Positions 43,694-53,293 of a stretch of 64,000 bases of DNA are shown in pieces. Position 1 is the first letter of the stretch. Each line of letters opens with the position of its first letter. The DNA comes from Ignavibacteriales bacterium UBA1304 (GTDB lineage: Bacteria; Bacteroidota; Ignavibacteria; Ignavibacteriales; Ignavibacteriaceae). Made by a program: the position numbers and the translations under genes. The stretch lies in the NCBI GenBank assembly GCA_002307295.1, contig DBTY01000052.1, positions 24,714-88,713 on the forward strand, given 5' to 3'. The notes below the pieces were generated by a model that saw only the letters and a list, made by a program, of their open reading frames with translations, ran no database searches and was not told the origin of the DNA.

Positions 43694-46192
43694 ATGAATA
43701 GATTTGTTATCGCTATTCTATTCGTTTTAATTTTTTCAGCAAATAGATTTTGTCAAACAGCCGATACTGTCGTCATAAAAGACGGGCTGATAATTAAAGT
43801 ATCGCAGCAGGATGCAAATAAGGTTATTGCTCCTGACGTAATAACAGCATTGGTAGAAACTGGCCTATGGAAAACTCCTTCAGAAAATGATAAGTTGGAA
43901 TTCAACGATAAATCAACCGGCGTTTGGAAGAAAATAACCGCTAATGAAAACGGCTGGTTTATAAGCGATACTTTAACAAACGCTTATGTCGATCTGCAAT
44001 ATAAATCGGATAAAGACGATGTAATTCTTTTGGAGGGAATGGGGCATAGCGTTGTTTATGTAAATGGATTAGCTCATTCCGGTAATCCATACAGAACGCA
44101 GGACAACTTTGATCCGTGGGGTCCGCGATTTGATTATTCGCTTATTCCCGTGAAAGTACATAAAGGGAATAATGAACTTCTGTTTGGCTGTAACAGAGAC
44201 GGAGTTCTTAAAGTGAAAATTCATAGAGGCGCTAACGGATTAATTTTTATTGATAAAGACCTTACTATTCCGGATATTATTGTTAATGAAAAAACGGATA
44301 CTTACGGAGCCCTTCCAATTATAAACGCTACTGAAAACGCGTATAATAATTTATTCATAAAAACATGGAGCGAAGGAACAACTCCCGAATATTGCCCGGT
44401 CAAACAGATAATTTCTCTTTCTATTTATAAAGCAATGTTTTATATTAAACTTCCTGTTCAGGAAAGCGCCGGTAAGATTAAATTCAATATCGAACTGGTA
44501 AAAAAAGATAATTCAAAAGAAGAAGTTTTGGCGTCGTCCGTTATTGAATTAAATGTAGTGAAATCAAACGAAAAACATAAAGAAACATTCATAAGCGATC
44601 TTGATGGAAGCGTACAATACTATGCTGTTACTCCGCCAGAAAATTTAAACTGCAAACCTGCTTTGTTCTTTAGTTTACATGGCGCAGGCGTAGAAGCTAT
44701 AAACCAGGCGCAGGCATATAATTATAAAAACTGGGGATATGTAGTATGCCCGACTAACCGCAGGCCTTATGGTTATAACTGGGAAAACTGGGGAAGGCTT
44801 GACGCGCTGGAAGTTTTTAATATTGCCAAGAGTAAATTTAACATTGATACCAGCCGCGTTTATCTTACAGGGCATTCAATGGGAGGACACGGAACATGGC
44901 AGCTGGGAATTAACTATGCAGATAAGTTTGCGGCTGTTGGGCCAAGCGCAGGCTGGATTAGCATCTGGTCTTACAGAATTAAACCGACGACAGATTCCTC
45001 GGAAACAAAAAAAATGCTGCTGCGTTCAACAAAGCAAAGCGATACTTATGCGTTCAGCACAAATCTTAAGCAAGACGGCGTCTATATAATTCAAGGCGAC
45101 GCTGACGATAATGTCCCTCCGCAGCAATCCAGATCAATGGTCGAAAATTTATCTAAATTCCACAAAGATTTTATTTATTATGAACAGCCTGGCGCCGGGC
45201 ATTGGTGGGATAATTCGGACGAACCCGGAGCTGACTGCGTTGACTGGGCTCCAATGTTCGATTTCTTTGCTCATCATTCAGTTCCTGATAAAGACAAAAT
45301 TAAAATGATTGACTTTGTTACTGCAAATCTTGCAATTTCTTCCAGCAATTATTGGATAGAAATACTTAACCAGATTGAACAGCAGAAAATGAGCAAGGTT
45401 ACAATTAAAGTTGAAACAGGCAATAGAAAATTTATTGGTACGACAAGTAATGTTGAGAGAATGTCTATTGATGCGTCAATGCTTTCAATAAACAAATCTG
45501 TATCAATTAATCTGGATAACCAATTAATTCCTGACGTAATTATTCCTGCTGATAAAAAAATATATCTTTATAGAGAGAAAGGGAAATGGGGATTAAGCGG
45601 CAAACAAAGCGAAGAGAATAAATATCCGGGACGATGCGGTAATTTTAGAGAGGCTCTTAACTACCAGGTCGTATTTGTATATGGAACCAATGGCGGCAAA
45701 GAAGAGAATAAATGGTCTTTAGAAAAAGCAAGATATGATGCTGAAAAAATTTGGTATCAGGGCAATGGCAGCGTTGAAGTAATAACTGATAAGCAATTTG
45801 ATCCCATAAAATATAAAGATAGAAGCGTTGTTCTTTTTGGCAATTCAAAAACAAATTCTGCATGGAACTCGCTGCTAAAAGATTCCCCGGTTCAGATTGA
45901 CGATAAAAAAGTTAAAATTGGCGATAAAGAGTATAAAGGAAAAGATTTAGCCTGCCTGATGATTCGCCCCAGAACAGATAGTAAAATTGCCAGCGTTGCC
46001 GTAGTGGCAGGAACTGGGATTGAAGGAATGAAATTGGCTGATCTGGCTCAATACTCTCATCCTTATGTAAGTTTTCCGGATGTTGTCGTTTATAATTCGG
46101 ACATACTGCAATCGGACGAAAAAGGAGTAAAGTATGCCGGATATTTTGGAAATGACTGGTCGTTACCAAATGGAGAATGGATTTTTCAATAA
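43694..46192 (+). CDS. Secreted alpha/beta-hydrolase (S9 peptidase/esterase-like) with large N- and C-terminal accessory regions
   Basis: ATG at 43694 with an AAGGAG RBS 6 nt upstream (track TTG 43670 rejected). Signal peptide. Nucleophile elbow GHSMGGHG, GDADDNV (Asp), GAGHWW (His). Confidence 0.6.
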   Translation: MNRFVIAILFVLIFSANRFCQTADTVVIKDGLIIKVSQQDANKVIAPDVITALVETGLWKTPSENDKLEFNDKSTGVWKKITANENGWFISDTLTNAYVDLQYKSDKDDVILLEGMGHSVVYVNGLAHSGNPYRTQDNFDPWGPRFDYSLIPVKVHKGNNELLFGCNRDGVLKVKIHRGANGLIFIDKDLTIPDIIVNEKTDTYGALPIINATENAYNNLFIKTWSEGTTPEYCPVKQIISLSIYKAMFYIKLPVQESAGKIKFNIELVKKDNSKEEVLASSVIELNVVKSNEKHKETFISDLDGSVQYYAVTPPENLNCKPALFFSLHGAGVEAINQAQAYNYKNWGYVVCPTNRRPYGYNWENWGRLDALEVFNIAKSKFNIDTSRVYLTGHSMGGHGTWQLGINYADKFAAVGPSAGWISIWSYRIKPTTDSSETKKMLLRSTKQSDTYAFSTNLKQDGVYIIQGDADDNVPPQQSRSMVENLSKFHKDFIYYEQPGAGHWWDNSDEPGADCVDWAPMFDFFAHHSVPDKDKIKMIDFVTANLAISSSNYWIEILNQIEQQKMSKVTIKVETGNRKFIGTTSNVERMSIDASMLSINKSVSINLDNQLIPDVIIPADKKIYLYREKGKWGLSGKQSEENKYPGRCGNFREALNYQVVFVYGTNGGKEENKWSLEKARYDAEKIWYQGNGSVEVITDKQFDPIKYKDRSVVLFGNSKTNSAWNSLLKDSPVQIDDKKVKIGDKEYKGKDLACLMIRPRTDSKIASVAVVAGTGIEGMKLADLAQYSHPYVSFPDVVVYNSDILQSDEKGVKYAGYFGNDWSLPNGEWIFQ

Positions 46193-46206
46193 TCAAAGGG
46201 AACCTC

Positions 46207-49161
46207 ATGAAAAAATATTTTAATAAATGTCTGACGCTGATTACGTTTATAATAGTTTTTGCCGTTACAGTTTCAGCACAGGAAAAATTAACTAAGTATG
46301 TAAAACCAATTATTGGAACCGACGGACACGGGCATACATATCCAGGAGCTTCTCTGCCTTTTGGGATGGCGCAGTTAAGTCCTGATACTGATGTAGACGG
46401 CTGGGATTGGTGTTCCGGTTATCATTATTCAGATAGTTCAATAATGGGGTTTAGCCATACTCACTTAAGCGGAACAGGCTGCGCTGATTATGGCGATATT
46501 CTTTTAATGCCTACGACTGGCGAATTGAAAACTGAACCCGGCGCAAAAGATCGCCCGGGATCCGGTTACCGGTCAAAATTCAGTCATCAGAACGAAGTAG
46601 CTAAGGCTGGATATTATTCTGTCTTGCTTGACGATTATAACATAAAAGCGGAATTGACTGCTACAAAACGCGCAGGATTTCATAAATATACTTTCCCTAA
46701 ATCGGAAAATTCTCATATCATTATCGATTTAGAGCATGGAATTCAAACTAAAGTAATAGATTCTAAAATAGAGGCGGTCAATAACACTACAATATGGGGA
46801 TATAAAAGATCATTAGGCTGGGCAAACAACCATTGCGTTTATTTTGTAGCTGAGTTTTCCAAGCCATTTAAATCTTACGGGATAGTTAGCGACGGGAAAA
46901 ATTTAAATGCGGTGAAAACTATTTCCGGAAAGAAATTAAAAGCGTATGTAAATTACGAAACTACTGCCAATGAACCCATTTTAGTTAAAGTCGGCATCTC
47001 GTTTGTAAGTATAGAAGACGCTAAACAAAATCTTAAAAGCGAAATACCGGATTGGAATTTTAATAAAGTAAAAAAGCAGGCTGAAGACGCTTGGGAAAAG
47101 GAACTTTCTAAAATTACAGTTGAAAGCCCGGATGCAAACAGTAAAACCATTTTTTATACGGCATTATATCACGCTTGCCTTAGCCCAAATACTTTTTCCG
47201 ATATCAACGGAGATTATATAGGAATGGATAAGAAAATCCATTCGGTAAAAGGAGGCGATATTTATACCGTCTTTTCGCTATGGGATACTTTCCGCGCGGA
47301 ACATCCTCTTTTTACAATTATCGACCCTAAACGGGCGGTAGATATGGTAAAGACTTTGATTGCAAAATATGACGAATCTGGTTTACTGCCAATATGGGAG
47401 CTGGCCGCAAATGAAACCGGAACCATGATAGGATATCATTCGATACCGGTTATAGCGGATGCATATTTTAAGGGCATTAGAAATTTTGACGTTGCAAAGG
47501 CTTATGAGGCCATGAAAAAAAGCGCAATGCAAAATACTCAGGGTTTGGACTTTTATAAGGATATGGGTTATATCCCTTCAGACATTGAGAGCGAAAGCGT
47601 TTCTAAAACTCTTGAGTACGCTTATGACGACTGGTGCATTGCCAAAATGGCAAAAGCGCTTGGACGCGAGGACGACTATAATTATTTTATAGAACGCGCA
47701 AAATACTATGTGAATGTTTTCGATCCTACTACGTCTCTGATGCGGGCAAAGAAAAATGGCATGTGGTTCGAACCGTTTGATCCGTTTTCCGTTAGTGGAA
47801 ATTATACGGAAGCAAACGCCTGGCAGTATAGCTTTTTTGTGCCGCAGGATATTGAAGGGCTAATTTCGCTAATGAAAGGGGATAAAAACTTTATTTCTAA
47901 ATTGGACGAATTATTTACTACAAATTCACAAACCACCGGCAGAGTTCAATCCGATATTTCTGGCATGATTGGGCAATATGCTCATGGAAATGAACCAAGC
48001 CATCATATGGCTTATCTTTACAATTACGCTGGCGCTCCCTGGAAAACTCAGGAAAGAGTTCGCGAAATTATGACAAAATTATATACCGAAAAACCGGACG
48101 GGCTTTGTGGGAACGACGATTGCGGGCAAATGTCCGCTTGGTATGTGTTTAGCGCAATGGGTTTTTATCCTGTCTGCCCAGGCGATGGTAAGTACGTAAT
48201 TGGAACTCCTCATTTCAAAAAAACAACAGTAGGCGACGGCAAAACGAAGTTTACAATTACGGCGAATAATTTTTCGGAAGAAAATATCTACATTCAATCG
48301 GCAAAGTTAAACGGTAAAAAATACCCGTATACTTATATTAGTCATTCTGACGTAGTTAAAGGCGGTTCTTTAGTTTTAGAAATGGGAGCTAAACCAGGCA
48401 AATGGGGCGTTGAAATTTCTGCAAGGCCTAAGTCTTCAATTGATTTAAATTTCATTCCGAATCCAGTTCTATCGTCCGGCGAGAAAGTTTTTCGCGATTC
48501 TACAGTCGTTGCCGCCGCTCCTTCAAACAACTCGGAGGAAATATTTTATACTACGGATGGTTCAAAACCAAGTTCTGCTTCAAACAAATATGCCGGACCG
48601 CTAACATTTAAAAAATCTGCGACGCTTAGAATTATAAGCTATAAAGACGGTAAATATAGCAAAATAGTAACTGCAACTTTTAACAAAATACAGAAAAGTA
48701 AAAGCGTCAGGTTAAATACAAAATATCACGAAAACTACCCGGGAGGCGGAGCTCTTGGCTTGATTGACGGTATTAAAGGACCAATGAACCACCACTCAGA
48801 AGCCTGGATGGGTTATGAAGGCAATGATTTGGACGCAGTTGTAGATCTTGGCGAAGTTCAAAAAGTTAATTCGATAGACGTTTCTTTTCTACAGAACGTA
48901 GGCTCGTGGATTTTCTATCCAGTTTCAATTGAGTATTCCGTTTCTTCGGACGGAAGTAATTTTAGTAAAGTATACGGCATTCAAAATGATTTGAACCAAA
49001 GTAAAATAGAACCTGGAATTAAAGATTTCAGCGCAAACATTGAGGGCGTTGAAGCCAGATATGTAAAGGTATTTGCAAAAAATGTAGGCGTATGCCCTCC
49101 ATGGCATCAGGGAGCGGGATATAAAGCCTGGTTGTTTGTTGACGAGATAACTATTAAATAA
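46207..49161 (+). CDS. GH92 alpha-mannosidase with C-terminal chitobiase-C-like + discoidin-like cassette, secreted
   Basis: ATG at 46207 (MKKYFNKCL, signal peptide). GH92 N-terminal signature YVKPIIGTDGHGHTYPGASLPFGMAQLSPDT, SHTHLSGTG, YAHGNEPSHH, GNDDCGQMSAW. Confidence 0.9.
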   Translation: MKKYFNKCLTLITFIIVFAVTVSAQEKLTKYVKPIIGTDGHGHTYPGASLPFGMAQLSPDTDVDGWDWCSGYHYSDSSIMGFSHTHLSGTGCADYGDILLMPTTGELKTEPGAKDRPGSGYRSKFSHQNEVAKAGYYSVLLDDYNIKAELTATKRAGFHKYTFPKSENSHIIIDLEHGIQTKVIDSKIEAVNNTTIWGYKRSLGWANNHCVYFVAEFSKPFKSYGIVSDGKNLNAVKTISGKKLKAYVNYETTANEPILVKVGISFVSIEDAKQNLKSEIPDWNFNKVKKQAEDAWEKELSKITVESPDANSKTIFYTALYHACLSPNTFSDINGDYIGMDKKIHSVKGGDIYTVFSLWDTFRAEHPLFTIIDPKRAVDMVKTLIAKYDESGLLPIWELAANETGTMIGYHSIPVIADAYFKGIRNFDVAKAYEAMKKSAMQNTQGLDFYKDMGYIPSDIESESVSKTLEYAYDDWCIAKMAKALGREDDYNYFIERAKYYVNVFDPTTSLMRAKKNGMWFEPFDPFSVSGNYTEANAWQYSFFVPQDIEGLISLMKGDKNFISKLDELFTTNSQTTGRVQSDISGMIGQYAHGNEPSHHMAYLYNYAGAPWKTQERVREIMTKLYTEKPDGLCGNDDCGQMSAWYVFSAMGFYPVCPGDGKYVIGTPHFKKTTVGDGKTKFTITANNFSEENIYIQSAKLNGKKYPYTYISHSDVVKGGSLVLEMGAKPGKWGVEISARPKSSIDLNFIPNPVLSSGEKVFRDSTVVAAAPSNNSEEIFYTTDGSKPSSASNKYAGPLTFKKSATLRIISYKDGKYSKIVTATFNKIQKSKSVRLNTKYHENYPGGGALGLIDGIKGPMNHHSEAWMGYEGNDLDAVVDLGEVQKVNSIDVSFLQNVGSWIFYPVSIEYSVSSDGSNFSKVYGIQNDLNQSKIEPGIKDFSANIEGVEARYVKVFAKNVGVCPPWHQGAGYKAWLFVDEITIK

Positions 49162-49243
49162 TTAGCTAATTTTGATATATTTCATTAAATATGAAATTAA
49201 AAAAAATAGCAACTGTATATATAATGTAGATAATAATATCAAT

Positions 49244-50425
49244 ATGAACGAAAAAACTCTGTTATCCTTTCATGCAAGCGTTGTTAAAGACATTAACGAA
49301 CAGGTCGTATTAAAGCTCATTCTGGAAAATGAAATTATTTCAAGCTCCGATTTAGTTAAAATAACTGGTATGCGGCCTTCTACAATTTTTAATATTCTCA
49401 AACAATTGTCAGCCAGATCTTTAGTCTCCTTTCATGGGAAAGGTATTTCGACCAATAAAGGGGGCAAAAAACCTTATACATGGATGCTAAATAAAGACGC
49501 CGCTTATGTTATAGGGTTAGATATTGAAGTCGGCGAAATGACTACCGTGATTTTAGATTTTAGCGGAAAAATTATAGCAAAAAAAATCATCCAGCTTGAA
49601 ATTGGACGCACATTAGACGAGCTTAGCGAATCTATTAAAAAAGTTGTATATGAAGTAATTACAGAAAACAATATCTATACGGATAAAGTGTTGGGGCTTG
49701 GCGTCGCTTTTGCCGGAATTGTAGACTATTTGAGCGGAATTGTTATTATGTCCAGCGTTTTGCCTGAAATGAACTTCCCTTTACTAGAAAGATTAAGCAG
49801 TCTGCCTTTTCCTGTATTAATTGAAAATAATGCAAATGCCGCCGCAGTTGGATTGAAATGGAATGATAAAGACAAAACAAAAAGGAATAGTCTGACCATA
49901 TTAGTAGAAATGGATAAAAATGTTAGCGGGCTCGGAATAGGTATTGTTGTTGATGGGGAATTATACCATGGAGCTTCTTTCTGCGCAGGGGAATTATACA
50001 CGCATATGCCGACTTTAAAAGAATTTCTATCGACAATTCGCAGCAGATTCGTTGAAAGCGATATTTTTAAAAATTATATTTCATCCCTCGACTCTATCAA
50101 TATGGAGTTCTTGCTAGAAGCTGCAAAGCAGGGGGATGTAATTGCTACGCGCGTATTTTCAATGATTGGTAATATTGTTGGTCAAACAATTGCTCCTGCA
50201 GTCGCCTTATTAAATCCGGATTCAGTTATTATTACCGGAATGGTTTCCGAAATTGAAGATATTTTAACTGATTCGGTAAGGAAGGCAATTGAAATGAGGG
50301 TGCTTTCAATCACCGCCAACGCGCTTTCTATAACAACAGATAAGCGCTATCATTATTCAGTAGCCTTAGGGGCGGCGGCGTTAGTTCTGGAAGATTACTT
50401 TAGGCTTCCGCTGTTAAATAAATAA
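49244..50425 (+). CDS. ROK-family transcriptional regulator (wHTH + ROK domain lacking the Zn-Cys motif)
   Basis: ATG at 49244 preferred to TTG 49172. N-terminal wHTH (SSSDLVKITGMRPSTIFNILKQL). ROK core (VIGLDI, ENNANAAA, GLGIGIVVDGELYHG, CAGE). No CxCGxxGC motif follows. Confidence 0.8.
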   Translation: MNEKTLLSFHASVVKDINEQVVLKLILENEIISSSDLVKITGMRPSTIFNILKQLSARSLVSFHGKGISTNKGGKKPYTWMLNKDAAYVIGLDIEVGEMTTVILDFSGKIIAKKIIQLEIGRTLDELSESIKKVVYEVITENNIYTDKVLGLGVAFAGIVDYLSGIVIMSSVLPEMNFPLLERLSSLPFPVLIENNANAAAVGLKWNDKDKTKRNSLTILVEMDKNVSGLGIGIVVDGELYHGASFCAGELYTHMPTLKEFLSTIRSRFVESDIFKNYISSLDSINMEFLLEAAKQGDVIATRVFSMIGNIVGQTIAPAVALLNPDSVIITGMVSEIEDILTDSVRKAIEMRVLSITANALSITTDKRYHYSVALGAAALVLEDYFRLPLLNK

Positions 50426-50438
50426 AGCTTATTAAGAT

Positions 50439-50473
50439 AAAATCCCGATATTTGTTCATCGGGATTTTTTTTT
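50439..50473 (+). terminator. Rho-independent terminator after the ROK gene
   Basis: Perfect 9-bp stem aatcccgat / atcgggatt with an 8-nt loop, followed by a run of 9 T. Confidence 0.75.
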
Positions 50474-50500
50474 GTCCATTAGAGCTCAAATCTAACTATT

Positions 50501-50547
50501 TTCACCGCTATTCACGAAATATCCCCAACTAATCACGCACAATCACC
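50501..50547 (+). repeat. Four phased direct repeats (W)TCAC(S)(S), function unknown
   Basis: ttcaccg (50501), ttcacga (50511), atcacgc (50532), atcaccg (50542). TCAC cores are spaced 10, 21 and 10 bp, all in one orientation. They lie ~320-360 bp upstream of the GH94 start. Confidence 0.6.
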
Positions 50548-50864
50548 GCCAAGTTAATTTTTTTACAAATTTTATTGCGAGTGGCGTTTTCTCAGAATAA
50601 GCCATCTAATTTAAATATATTTCATTATTACGCTTTAAACGTAATATTCATTTGCATTTTAATCGGAGATGTTATAATTTAATATCCAGAATATTTTAGA
50701 ATAAAATAAATACAACAGTATTTAAAATAAACATGGTTTCCTTTCTTAGCGCTAGTTTTAACTCCTTTTTGTTACTAAATATGGACTTTGATAGTTTTCC
50801 AGTACGAGAGTTGCGCTTTTTTAGGAAGCAGGCTAAGTAAATATCTTTAGTTTGGAGGGTTTTA

Positions 50865-53240
50865 ATGAATTATGGTTACTTTTCTAAAGATGGAAAAGAA
50901 TATATAATATCCAACGCAAAAACGCCGACGCCTTGGATAAATTATATATACAATGGGGATTATTTTTCAACGATATCTAACAATGCCGGCGGAATGAGTT
51001 ATTTCAAAAATCCCCTTCACGGCAGAATTACAAGATATCGCATTAATGACGTTCCTCCTGATCGTCCGGGAAAATATCTTTATATTAAAGATAATGATAG
51101 CGGCGAATTATGGAGTCTATCCTGGCAGCCTGTAGGTAAAAACTGCGATGCATATAAAACTATACACGGATTTGGTTATACCCGTATCGAATCTGAAATT
51201 GAAGAAATAAAATCATCAGTTCTCTATTTCGTTCCATCGGACGATAACAGAGAAATCTGGAAGTCGCTAATTAAAAACAATTCTAATAAAGTTCGCCATC
51301 TTTCTGTATACGGTTATGTTGAATTTGCGCTGGGGCATGGGCTGATTGACATAATTAATCAGTGCGATGATCAGCATTTCAACAGAGTTCATTTTGATAA
51401 AAACATAAATTCTATTTTTGCTACAAAAACTTATTGGGTAACTCAATCTAACGGAACACAACAGCAGGAAAATCAGGAATGGGATCAATGGGTCTACTTT
51501 ACAGTCAATCATCCTGTTGTAAAATACGAAACGCTTCGCGAAAGATTTATCGGATTGTACCGAAATGAGAATAATCCTGAAGCGATTGAAACTGGAAATT
51601 TATCCTGTAAGGATACCGATTTTGGAAATACTGTCGGCGTTCTTCAGATTGACATCGAACTTCAGCCAGGCGAAACTAAAGATGTAATTTTCTCGCTTGG
51701 AGTAATTCCCAAAACTGAATTTGAAGAAAAAAAAGAGAGCGTACCGGGACTATTTAATGATGTTGACGTTGTAGACTCTGCACTGCTAAATGTTAAAGCT
51801 AAATGGGATTCTTTCTTTAAAAACGCTTTTGCTGTTACGCCGGACGATAAAGTTAATACGTTTATGAATTACTGGATACAATACCAGGCCAAAGTAGCTT
51901 TTGACGTTGGGCGAGTCGCTAGCTTTTATTATTGGGGAATCAGCCGCGGCTTTGGTTTCCGCGACACTTCGCAGGATGTTATTGCGGTTACAATTTCTGA
52001 ACCGCAAAAAGCTTATGAAAGAATTTTGTTCATAGCCCGTCAAATGTTTACTGATGGAAAAGTCTATCATCATTTTTATAACGAAGGCGAAGGCGAATTA
52101 ACAAAACATTGCGACGATCCGCTTTGGTTTATTTTAGCCGTAACGGAATACATTAAAGAAACGGACGATTTCTCAATTCTTGAAGAGAAAGCCCCTTTTG
52201 CAGATAAGGGCGAAGGAACTATCCTTGACCATCTATTTGCAGTTGTTACTTTTGTAAAAAATAATCTTACAAAGCACAACCTGCCTGTATTCGGCAGAGG
52301 CGATTGGAACGATACTCTGGATTTTATTGGCGGCGAAGACGGCGGAGAAAGCGTATGGGGCGCAATGTTCTACGTTGCAATGCTTAATAAATTGATTGAA
52401 CTTCTTGATCACATGAAAATTATAAGAAATGATATAGTTGAATTAAGAGATACAATAAGAAAAAGTATTGATGAATTCTGCTGGGATGGCGAATGGTATG
52501 TAAGAGCATTCGGAGCTAAAGGTAAAAAAGTAGGTTCAAAGGAAAATAAGTACGGAAAGATATTTATAAATACACAAAGCTGGCCGGCAATTGCAGATTT
52601 GCCAGATAAGCGCCGATTGCTATCTTCGCTTGACAGCGCGAAAAAATATCTTGATTCAGAAATTGGGCCCAAGATATGCGCTCCAGCTTACCGGGAAATC
52701 GATTTGAACATAGGTTTAATAACAAGATGCGTCGCTGGGAAAAAAGAAAATGCCGCCGTATTTAATCACCCGGCTACCTGGCTTATTCAGGCCGAATGTA
52801 TGATGGGCAGAGGCAATCAGGCTTTTGAATATTTTAAGAAATTACTGCCAAATAGAATTGATTCAGATATTTTTCAGGCTGAACCTTATGTGTATTCGCA
52901 ATACATTACAAGCGATGAACATAGCATTCCCGGTAAAGCAAGCCATTCATGGCAAACTGGAACTGCGTCCTGGATGTACAGAATTTCGTTTGATTATATT
53001 TTAGGCGTAAGACCAACATACGCAGGTTTGTTGGTAGATCCGGTAATTCCATCTGAATGGAAAACATTTAGAGTAGAAAGAGTTTTTAGAGGAACAAAAT
53101 ATATCATTGAGGTTGAAAACCCTGAAGCTGTTGAACATGGGTTAAGATTTATTTATGTTGATGGCGAATTAATCAGGGGAAATGTTCTGCCTATTTCTAA
53201 GAATGAAATCTGTAATGTAAAAGTTGTGATGGGAAATTAA
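50865..53240 (+). CDS. GH94 disaccharide phosphorylase (cellobiose / N,N'-diacetylchitobiose phosphorylase family), cytoplasmic
   Basis: GGAGG RBS. The N-terminus MNYGYFSKDGKEYIISNAKTPTPWINY parallels cellobiose phosphorylase (M.YG.F.....EY.I....TP.PWINY). RGDWND motif. ~790 aa, no signal peptide. Confidence 0.8.
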   Translation: MNYGYFSKDGKEYIISNAKTPTPWINYIYNGDYFSTISNNAGGMSYFKNPLHGRITRYRINDVPPDRPGKYLYIKDNDSGELWSLSWQPVGKNCDAYKTIHGFGYTRIESEIEEIKSSVLYFVPSDDNREIWKSLIKNNSNKVRHLSVYGYVEFALGHGLIDIINQCDDQHFNRVHFDKNINSIFATKTYWVTQSNGTQQQENQEWDQWVYFTVNHPVVKYETLRERFIGLYRNENNPEAIETGNLSCKDTDFGNTVGVLQIDIELQPGETKDVIFSLGVIPKTEFEEKKESVPGLFNDVDVVDSALLNVKAKWDSFFKNAFAVTPDDKVNTFMNYWIQYQAKVAFDVGRVASFYYWGISRGFGFRDTSQDVIAVTISEPQKAYERILFIARQMFTDGKVYHHFYNEGEGELTKHCDDPLWFILAVTEYIKETDDFSILEEKAPFADKGEGTILDHLFAVVTFVKNNLTKHNLPVFGRGDWNDTLDFIGGEDGGESVWGAMFYVAMLNKLIELLDHMKIIRNDIVELRDTIRKSIDEFCWDGEWYVRAFGAKGKKVGSKENKYGKIFINTQSWPAIADLPDKRRLLSSLDSAKKYLDSEIGPKICAPAYREIDLNIGLITRCVAGKKENAAVFNHPATWLIQAECMMGRGNQAFEYFKKLLPNRIDSDIFQAEPYVYSQYITSDEHSIPGKASHSWQTGTASWMYRISFDYILGVRPTYAGLLVDPVIPSEWKTFRVERVFRGTKYIIEVENPEAVEHGLRFIYVDGELIRGNVLPISKNEICNVKVVMGN

Positions 53241-53293
53241 GTTTTATTAATTTTAATTTCTCCCTAATTAAGTCGTGTAATTGAAAAGAAATA

